Shown piece after piece: positions 43,577-64,000 of a stretch of 64,000 nt of DNA. The stretch comes from Chrysomallon squamiferum. Lineage: Eukaryota > Animalia > Mollusca. The notes under the pieces are model-generated. The model searched no databases. It was given only the letters and a program-made list of their open reading frames with translations, and had not been told where the DNA came from. A program made the position numbers and the translations under genes. The stretch covers positions 41,602,001 through 41,666,000 of the forward strand of contig CM022670.1 of the NCBI GenBank assembly GCA_012295275.1. Direction: 5' to 3'. Within the stretch, counting starts at the first letter, position 1. Each line of letters opens with the position of its first letter.

Positions 43577-45699
43577 CATATTTGTTTATTTATTTATTTA
43601 CATACTTGTTTATTTATTTAGTTACATACTTGTTTATTTATTTTATATTTACATACGTATTTATTTATTTATTTACATACTTGTTTATTTATTTATTTAC
43701 ATACTTGTTTATTTATTTAGTAACATCTCAGTCAAACACCATGCCCACTGAGCCACACCCAGCTCCTGTCAAACAAAACGTTAATCCTCTGGGTGCGTCC
43801 GTTTATCACAATCTAAACAGGGTCTCAGATTTCTTGGTTCTTGGTACTTTGGGACACGGCATCGACAAGATTTCTACTGAAGACGATTTCTTTCTTACTT
43901 TGTAAACTGTAAATTATTTGACAGTAACGGAGCGAAAAGTAACTTAGTGTGAAACATTAATCTCACAGTTACCGTGTACAGGTTCAGTGTTTCAAACTTC
44001 GGACTTCAGGCTATTTCTCGATCCAGCCGTGTACCCATTTTATAAATTGTAAATAAACAGTTCCCTGTTGTAATCTCTGTTATAGTAATCAGTTATGCTG
44101 AGACAACGAATACCCTGTCTTTCTCCGTGAGTACAAAATAGTATTAAAGATGTAATACAAAACTTCCTACAAAATTTCTTTCTTATTTTCATTCTTTATT
44201 TCGACTGCACTAATTACAACACAACAGTAATAATATTAATTTTCTTCTAGTTTCTGTTTGCGCACTGATCTGAGTTGCTGTTATCTGGTTTCGTGGTCGT
44301 AAACCTCGTTTCGCGACGTCCGACGCACTGGAAGCAGTAAACAATTCCTCTTATCGCGTTACGCTATCTTTCACAAATTACACACGGCGTTAATATGCGC
44401 CGTAAACCAGTCAACTTTCGCAGTCGGTCAGCGTCGCCATCTTAGATTAGAGGTAAACATTGGTGATGATTACAACGACACTTTACCCTCTGACCCATTG
44501 CGTGCGATATTCTTCTCTTTTTATTTTCCTGTTTCTCACTTTGCGGTTCAAAGTTTCTTCATCTTGAGGCTGACGTCTGCTGCAGCGACGGATTATCACC
44601 CGCGTCAAATCGCGGAAACCTCTCTTTCGCTAACTCGTGGCGGCCATCAAAGTCCAGTGCAGCGCAATTACGTGTAACAGGTTGAACGCGATTATCTGCA
44701 GATTACTGATTATATCCTAAAAGTGTCGTCACAGAGTGATTAGTTCTAATAATCTACAGCGCTGATAGAAAAGTGATGTAATACATCTGATTTAATCTTT
44801 TAAATTTATAGTTAATAATAATATTTTGATACATGCAAATAGATATTATTATTGTATACGTAGACTGACTGGCAAATGGTTAAACATAAAGAAGTATATA
44901 TATAAATGAATATATATAAATTTTAAACTAACAAACGAACTTACCTAAATAATTAAATAAATAAATAAATAAAGTTTCTTAAAATGAATCTAAAAAAAAA
45001 AAATGTAGTGTTTAAAGTTTTTTCTTTTATTTGATTAAATAAATTACTTTTATTTATTTATTTATTATTAGTTTTTATTTATTATCATTAACATCCTCAA
45101 AAATAAATAAAAACAAAAAGTAACTTTAACAATATGACAGAAAAAAGAACCTATTTATTAAAAATTCATTTTAAATTAATTTTATTTGTTTGATTTTCTT
45201 CTTTTGTGAAACAGTAACAATTTAAAAAGAAATAAATATATATTTTTTTCTTTAAAAAATCTGCTACACTAAACTATCAAAGTAAAAAATTATTTTTAAT
45301 TTTCCCAAACAAACATATCGCTAACAGCATGGAGCTAAAGAGGTCGGAACATTTCACATTAGTTTCGTGTGCAAGTTTACTGTTATCATCTGTGAAACAC
45401 TTACACTATCACCTTTCTCATACATTATTACCACGTGGTCTTCTACTTAAATTACTGATAATGAGAGTGAGTGAGCGAAAGAATATATAGAGAGAGATAA
45501 GGAGAGAGAAAGAAAGAAAAACCGAAAGAGAAAGAAAAAAAAGAAGAAGAAGAAATAACGCAAAGGAGAAAGAGAAAAAGAGAGAGAAAGAAGAGAGAGA
45601 TAAAGAGAGATATACAGTGAAAGGTAGACAGAGACAGCATTAGAGAGAGCGAAGAGAGAGAGAGTGAGTGAACGTGAGAGAGAGAGAGAGAGAGAGAGG

Positions 45700-45790
<91 letters not shown>

Positions 45791-46171
45791 TAGATACAAC
45801 TTCATCCTGTACGTTATGTTTCTGTATTTATATATTACTACATGTTGCGATAACAACTTTTTAAAATCAGCTCATTTCACAGTGATACAATCTACTTCAG
45901 TAATAATAATTTAAGTTGTACAATACAACAAGTTTGCTGTTTATCTGAGATTTATTTCACTACTTGACCAGTGAAAATAATTCTTTCAACACGACAAGTT
46001 GTAAATAACCCACTTAAAACCTGCATGAAATAATCTGCTTATCTCTCGATTTATTTATCTTTTCATTCTTCCGTTTTTGTTTATTTTTCCATCTGTGAAT
46101 CAACCGTTCAGCCAGCTCTCTACCGATCTGTTCAAAAGATAACAGAGAGAGAGAGACAGAAAGAGAGAACC

Positions 46172-46203
<32 letters not shown>

Positions 46204-46895
46204 AATAAAAGAACACAAACAAAACAAAAGACAAAAAGTTAAATTAGAAAAATAGTAAGAAACAGAATTAAAATAAGTTTGAGATACACATGCAAATATA
46301 ATATCAAGATATATATATATATATATATGAATACGACTTTTATTTAAGTTCACAGATAGATGTATTTACGTTTCTGTTTCTGGAAATAAAAAATGTGTGT
46401 GTGTATATGGCTTGGTTTTACTGAATTCAAGTCACATAGCACAGTAAGTCACGGAATTAGCCGACGATTACTGAAGCACTGTCACAGAAGAAACAAGTTA
46501 TAAGAAGTCACGGAATTCACCGAACGATACCGAACGTCCACCACAGACCACCTGGAAGTGAGAGATCATGTCACTCGTCAAAGTCATTTAAACCAAGAAC
46601 ACTAACTCTTGTTATCAAAATGGCGCTCGTAAACTAAAACGAGCTTGACGTTTTTAGCCAGTTAATGGAGGAAAAGTGGAGTAATCTTTATCTGTCAGTG
46701 GTCTCTGTTGTGTTTAATTGTTTTCTGATTGCTCTTGTGTTTATTTTACAACTTAATTTCACGACTAAAACGAGGAGAGAATAAGAAGATGAATGAATAT
46801 ATGAAACTAAACTGAACTCGGGTTTCTTTGACATAAAACGCATTTGCTAGCAATTGAAAACGAGATCTTTTGCATGTTGAACAGACATTTTAAAG

Positions 46896-46955
46896 CACAG
46901 ACCACGGTCTTACATAAACCAATCGCGTGGGTTTGGCTGGAATGGGAGAAAAAAG
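46896..46955 (-). mobile_element. SINE core fragment
   Basis: ACCACGGTCTTACATAAACCAATCGCGTGGGTTTGGCTGGAATGGGA resembles the reverse complement of the same core. Confidence 0.4.
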
Positions 46956-47793
46956 CGAAAGGTACGCGAGGGAAATGGAGATGAGAGGATATAATGTCAT
47001 ATATAACTACAATAATTTCACAGCATACATAACTTTTTATTTAACAACAGCCGTAACGACGTAACACCAACAACCTCACCGTCATGGCCGCCGTTGCCAC
47101 CACCATCAACGACAACTACGACGACGATAAAAATAGTGAAAGCAATAATTATAAAGAATAATAAATATTGTTACTTCTAATTCCTAAACTGAATTTAATA
47201 TAAAATGAAAATTTACCTTACACATACTTGTTATACGTACAGTGCTTACAGCCGCGCATAATAATGACGAAAAAATGACGATAAAATGTTCATAATAATA
47301 ATTACAATAATACTTATTATATAAAGGAGTCTAAAATAAAAGTAAAAGGCACAAAAGACTGAGTCCTCATATACAACTGAAAGATTTGTAAGTGCGTGAC
47401 TTAAAGAACACGCACAGATATACCTACATACATATATATATATAATATAAAAGTCCATCTAAGCTTGATTCTACCTGTTACTTATTAAGTGTTGTTATCT
47501 ATACAAATATATACCCTCCAAAAATGTCGAAACAAACAAACATTTTAACGCCATAGGTATAAAATAATCATGTATAAAATGGTTCAGCAGATATTTCTAA
47601 TGGTTTGCAGGTTCAGTACTCCTTTTCATAAACTGTAACTACACAGTTCCTTGTTCTGATCTGTTAGAGCAATTAAGTGCTCAAACAGAGAGTATTCTCC
47701 CTTACACTGTGAATAATGACGTGATATATGTTTATCTAGAAGTTTTGTTGCTTACTTTTCATTTGTAATTCAACATACACTGAAAACTCAGTA

Positions 47794-58753
<10,960 letters not shown>

Positions 58754-60080
58754 GATGTCGAAGACGTCGGTGCTGCTGTTTTAAAGGAAGGAACTGTCTG
58801 CCTGCGCAGTTCGCGTGTCTGTCTGTTACATAATACTGCGCGTACATACGCAGTGGCTGCGAAATACCAGATATTAATAGAACTTGATCTTTCTTCTCGC
58901 TGTCAAATTATCGAGAATTATGTGTTACGTATTAAACCGTTACTGCATAAAGAAAGAAAAAAAAAAAAAAAAAAAAAAATAACTACAGCACAATTTTAGA
59001 ACAGATTTATTTTATTTTTTTTTTTTTGTTTTGCTAAACAAATGAAATCTTAATAACAAATAAGTAAGTAAGTAAGTAAGTAACTAACTAAATAAAAATA
59101 AGAACAGTTAGTGTGGATTTGTTCCTATTTTTATTTACAAATAAAATAGTAATAGGAAAATAGGTAAGTAAGTAAGTAAATAAACAAGTAACTAAATAAA
59201 TAGATATGTAAGTTAATAAATAAATTAATTAATTAAAAAAAGTAAGTAAGTAGGTAAATATATGAATCAAAATAAGAACAGATGGTGTACGTATGATATT
59301 TATATACACTCAGATACACACGTACACATTGATGACTACGTTACATCTTCATCAGCAGCATCTACATGGATGGCTAAAGGGCGGGGGGGGGAGCTAGTAT
59401 CGACTCTTGGAGCGTCTTAAAAAAAAAAAATTATACGTAACAAGAACAACCAAAAAAAAAAATAAAAAAAAAAATAAAAAAATAAAAATAAAAAAAAAAA
59501 TAAAATAAAATAAAATAAAAAAATAAAATTAAATTAAATTAAATTAAAAAAAATAGAAAAGTGAAAGTAACCAATTGTCATAACTGATACTTGGACACAA
59601 AAAATATAGCGAATACTTTCCTTGAACTGATTACCCTAACCCTCCCTCACCCCAACAAACAAAGAAGAAATAAATAACAATAAAAACATAGAAAAATTGT
59701 CCTTGGCAAAAGACAGTCTATTATTTTAAAAATGTTACATGTAAGGAAAGCAAAATCTGTAAACTAAACTGAACTAAACTAAAGTGAACAACAATAAAAA
59801 AAATAAAAATAATAATAATAAAATAAAATAAATTAAAATAAAATAAATATTACTAATAATAGCTATTGAAGCAGCAGCAGTACTAGCAAAAAAAAAAAAA
59901 AAAAAAACGAAATCAGGGAAAATCATCAATAACAGCAAGAAAACAAATATTTATTTGATTAATATTCCTTATTATTTGTATGAATATAATCTTGTTATAA
60001 ATGTAAAATATTGATGTCTCAGGTGTTGACAATGTAAAAATGTAAAACATAGATATCTCTGTTGTTGACGTTTTAGAAAT

Positions 60081-60122
60081 CTAATTCTGACTGTTTTGTA
60101 TTGACGAAATCTTCTCTTGAAC
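60081..60122 (-). CDS. Hillarin/KY-like gene terminal exon (VQEKISSIQNSQN*)
   Basis: Strong acceptor tttctgttttccag| in phase 0, ending in a TAG stop. Confidence 0.65.
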   Translation of the reverse strand, partial: VQEKISSIQNSQN

Positions 60123-60594
60123 CTGGAAAACAGAAATTCCCGAAATTTATTAGAAGAATTAAAAAAAAAAAAAAAAAAAAAAAAAACAAAAATAAATAAA
60201 TAAATAAATAAATAAAAAATAAATAAATAAATAAATAAATAAATATATATATAAATAAATAAATAAATAAATAAATCGATAAATAAATAAACAAATATGA
60301 ATCAGCGTGGTCGATTTATCCAGCTACTTCAGTACACCCTAGATTTAGGTAAATATGTGTTGCAAATAGAGAGATTAAAAGAATAATAATAATAAAAAAT
60401 ATATAAATAAATATTAAAATTAAAAAAACAATATCTTAATTTTTGTTGAAGTCTTAAAATGCACATTTTCCCCCATCTGATGTCAGTGGTAACGAAAGGA
60501 AACGTTTACAAACACATAAAATGTCTTTGTTATTTAACATAAATTGTGTCTTAAAACCAAATTAATTATCATGAATGTAAGCATAAAACATTTG

Positions 60595-61113
60595 AATTAC
60601 CAACTGGTATATTTTTGTCAACATCTCTACATAAAAATAAAACCGTTTCACCTACGAGTTGGTATATTTTATCAATATATCTACATAAAAACAAAACCTT
60701 TTGACTTAAAAGTTGGTACAGTTTGTTAATATATTACGAGCTGGATTATAATACATCTACGTGAATGAGAAAACAAATATAATATTTTGACTTACGAGCT
60801 GGTATGTTTTATCAATATCTCTACGTGAATGGTAACAAACAATACTGTTTGACTTACGAGCTGGTATATTTTATCAATATCTCTACGTGAATGGTAACAA
60901 ACAATACTGTCTGACTTACGAGCTGGTATATTTTATCAATATCTCTACGTGAATGGTAACAAACAATGGTATGTTTTATCAATATCTCTACGTGAATGGT
61001 AACAAACAATACTGTTTGACTTACGAGCTGGTATAGTTTATCAATATCTCTACGTGAATGGTAACAAACAATACTGTTTGACTTACGAGCTGGTATATTT
61101 TATCAATATCTCT
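60595..61113 (-). repeat. 62-bp tandem repeat containing the exon end and GTAAGT donor of the 61087 exon
   Basis: Plus-strand unit GACTTACGAGCTGGTATATTTTATCAATATCTCTACGTGAATGGTAACAAACAATACTGTTT; about 9 copies, decaying toward 60595. Confidence 0.9.
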
Positions 61114-61266
61114 GCACGAACGACAAATCTGCTCAGGTCTATACTGTGATAAAATGTTTTGTATTTGTGTAGTGACGTTGTTTGAGACGTGATCGACGTG
61201 TTTTAGACGATAAGCCAGGCTTTTTTTTCCTTTCTGCATCAGCAAACTTCTTAAAACAACCTCATC
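61087..61266 (-). CDS. Hillarin/KY-like gene exon (DEVVLRSLLMQKGKKSLAYRL...ILSQYRPEQICRSCRDIDKIYQL)
   Basis: gtttcag| acceptor and CTC|GTAAGT donor, 180 nt. LL..KG..SL..R resembles the LLGKTGKESLKRR motif of the same family. Confidence 0.78.
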
Positions 61267-61452
61267 CTGAAACAGTTCAACAAATAGAAATCACAATACT
61301 GAAATAAATAAATAAAAATAAAAATAAATAAATAAACAAATAATTGAATAAACAAATAAAGATATAAATAAGTACATAAATAAAAGTTAAATGAATGAAA
61401 AAAATGAATAAAAATAAATAAATAACAAAAATTAAAAGAATGAATGAACGAA

Positions 61453-61509
<57 letters not shown>

Positions 61510-61705
61510 CATACTACTCTCCAAAAATGCAAAAGAAAAAGAAAAATGAACAAAGAGAGTTAATTTCATCTATTTATACATTTAGCTTCATGCAAACAAA
61601 TTGAATAACACGCGCATTAGCATGCATGTAGGCAAATACCCGCACGCACATCTACAAAAACATAAACACACATATAAACACCCACCCACCCACACATAAA
61701 GACAT

Positions 61706-61742
<37 letters not shown>

Positions 61743-61813
61743 CACATATTTACACATACACACACACACACACACAAAAGACACGCACATACGCAGGAAG
61801 AAAGCTGCATTAC

Positions 61814-62087
61814 CTCCAGTTTATCAGGCGTCTCTCCCACCAACAGAAAAGCAGCTGTCAGAACGTCCCGCTGAACTGGACTCAGTCTGACTAGTGACTG
61901 TAACGTAGTGGCGGACCGCTGGTTGAAGCCAGAGAGAGGCCGAGGAGAAGTCAGCTGGGACAGTTTGCTTTTCGCGTCTTCCAGCGGGTTCTTCAGCCTT
62001 TGTCATGCACGTGCTCTGACTGTTCAGCTTTATCAATGATCTTACTCAGTTTGTCAACTCGCTCTGTCATAATGGCGTCTCTCAGTT
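61814..62087 (-). CDS. Hillarin/KY-like gene exon with a 1-nt frameshift near 62000 (ELRDAIMTERVDKLSKII.../RLKNPLEDAK...VLTAAFLLVGETPDKLE)
   Basis: tttgtcag| acceptor and GAG|GTAAT donor. The 274-nt length needs one extra base to keep phase. TAAFLLVGET resembles the TATFLLLGE motif of hillarin/KY/LTD-1-like C-termini (from memory). Confidence 0.72.
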
Positions 62088-62224
62088 CTGACAAATTAAT
62101 GGTAATAAGAAGAAGAACAACAATAATCGTATGAATTTTTGACACCTGTGTCTGTCTGTGTATTTATTATTATGTGTTTGTATATGTAGTATGTGTATAT
62201 AGTTGAGTATGTATTTATGTATGT

Positions 62225-63200
62225 ATATGTGTGATTACTCTCAGTTACAGGAAAGAGTTTGATATGTATCTAACAAATACGCATTTTCATTCTATTACAA
62301 AAAAGAGTTTGATACGTATATGACTAACAAACACGTATTTTTTCTGTCACAAGAAAGAATTTGATACGTACGTAAATAACAAATACGTATTTTCATTCTG
62401 TTACAAGAAAGAGTTTGATACGTATATGACTAACAAATACGTGTTTTCATTCTGTTACAAGAAAGAGTTTGATACGTATATGACTAACAAATACGTGTTT
62501 TCATTCTGTTACAAGAAAGAGTTTGATACGTATATGACTAACAAATACGTGTTTTCATTCTGTTACAAGAGTTTCATACGTATATGACTAAAAATACATA
62601 TTTTTTCTGTCATATGAAAGAGTTTGATACGTATATGACTAACAAATACGTGTTTTCATTCTGTTACAAGAAAGAGTTTGATAGGTATATGACTAACAAA
62701 TACGTGTTTTCATTCTGTTACAAGAGTTTCATACGTATATGACTAAAAAATACGTATTTTTTCTGTCACATGAAAGAGTTTGATACGTATATGACTAACA
62801 AATACGTGTTTTCATTCTGTCACATGAAAGAGTTTGATACGTATATGACTAACAAATACGTGTTTTCATTCTGTTACAATAGTTCGATACGTATATGATT
62901 AACAAATGCGTGTTTTTATTCTGTTACAAGAAAGAATTTGATACGTATATGACTAACAAATACGTGTTTTCATTCTGTTACAAGAGTTTCATACGTATAT
63001 GACTAAAACATACGTATTTTTTCTGTCACATGAAAGAGTTTGATACGTATATGACTAACAAATACGTGTTTTCATTCTGTTACAAGAAAGAGTTTGATAC
63101 GTATATGACTAACAAATACGTGCTTTCATTCTGTTACAAGAAAGAGTTTGATACGTATATGATTAACAAATACGTGTTTTCATTCTGTTAGAGAAGAGAG
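62225..63200. repeat. 54-bp minisatellite (GAAAGAGTTTGATACGTATATGACTAACAAATACGTGTTTTCATTCTGTTACAA), about 18 copies
   Basis: Seen directly; includes 50-bp variant units. Confidence 0.93.
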
Positions 63201-63258
63201 GTTGGTAAATATTTGTCCAACAGATACAGATATTATAAATTTAGCGAATTATCCTCAC

Positions 63259-63424
63259 CCTGACACAGTGTCACTACGTTCAGTCTGGCCTTCACCTTTG
63301 ACACGAGATCTCCGTCACCCATCTTAAATTTCTTAGCTTTTTCTATGATTTGCGACATTTGTTGTGAGTCTCTTGTTTTCACAATACTTTTCAGTTCGTT
63401 ATTGATCCTCCTCTCAGTAGCATT
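63259..63424 (-). CDS. Hillarin/KY-like gene exon (NATERRINNELKSIVKTRDSQQMSQIIEKAKKF...RLNVVTLCQ)
   Basis: aaaacag| acceptor and G|GTGAG donor; encodes an amphipathic helical repeat. Confidence 0.8.
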
Positions 63425-63863
63425 CTGTTTTCAGAAATACATATTATTTATATAATATTATGAATATTATATTATAACATAAACATATACATTTTAAATA
63501 ACAATATGTAAAAAAATTGCATAAAAATAGATGTTTCAATTTAACAGCCTATAAAACTGAAATAAAAATATAAGATATTGAATAAAACAGATAAATATTA
63601 AATTAAAACAATATTAGTAAAAAACAAGAAAATTAAATAAAGTAGAGACATTGAAATACGTAAATATTATATAAATAAATAAATATTAAACAAAGAAAAA
63701 CAAATCTAACAAAGGTTAGAGTATTAAAAAAGATTAACTAACGAAGTTAGAGTATTAAAACAAGTCAATTAAATAAAGATTAACTAACGAGGTAAATTAA
63801 AACAAGTCAATTAAATAAAGATAAACAGAGTCTAACGAGTAAATTAAAAAAAGAGAATCTTAC

Positions 63864-64000
63864 GAGGTAGGGCTGTTTCTTTCGTGACTGTCTGTGTTGT
63901 GACGTTATCATGTAGTTCAGCGTGTTCTCTTCAGGATCGCCTGGTTTGTTGGTGTCGATAACAACAGCGTAGTCATCGTCATCAGGCGGACTGACTTCAA
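63864..64000 (-). CDS. Uncharacterised hillarin/KY-like gene, partial exon (EVSPPDDDDYAVVIDTNKPGDPEENTLNYMITSQHRQSRKKQPYL)
   Basis: Frame is open to the window end; CTC|GTAAG donor is in phase with the next exon. Confidence 0.75.

Overview
AT-rich, microsatellite-dense animal DNA with spliceosomal introns. It is probably a gastropod mollusc, inferred from SINE fragments recognised from memory. I reconstructed four protein-coding genes by hand. (1) The 5' exons of PET100 (minus strand, 41-1998). (2) A two-exon SoxF (Sox7/17/18-like) HMG-box gene (plus strand, 24037-28227), flanked by about 20 kb without recognisable genes on each side. It has an apparent +1 frameshift before its C-terminal EFDQYL motif and a His-to-Leu change in HMG helix 3. 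(3) A complete 11-exon, about 604-aa type-I membrane carboxyl/cholinesterase with an intact Ser-Glu-His triad (minus strand, 47794-58753). (4) The last five exons of a protein resembling the hillarin/KY C-terminal helical region (minus strand, 60081-64000), which also has a 1-nt frameshift. The most unusual pattern is that several exon-end plus 5' splice donor junctions, in three different genes, are tandemly re-duplicated into the following intron, with copies decaying away from the real exon. Most ORFs in the supplied track are microsatellite artefacts.
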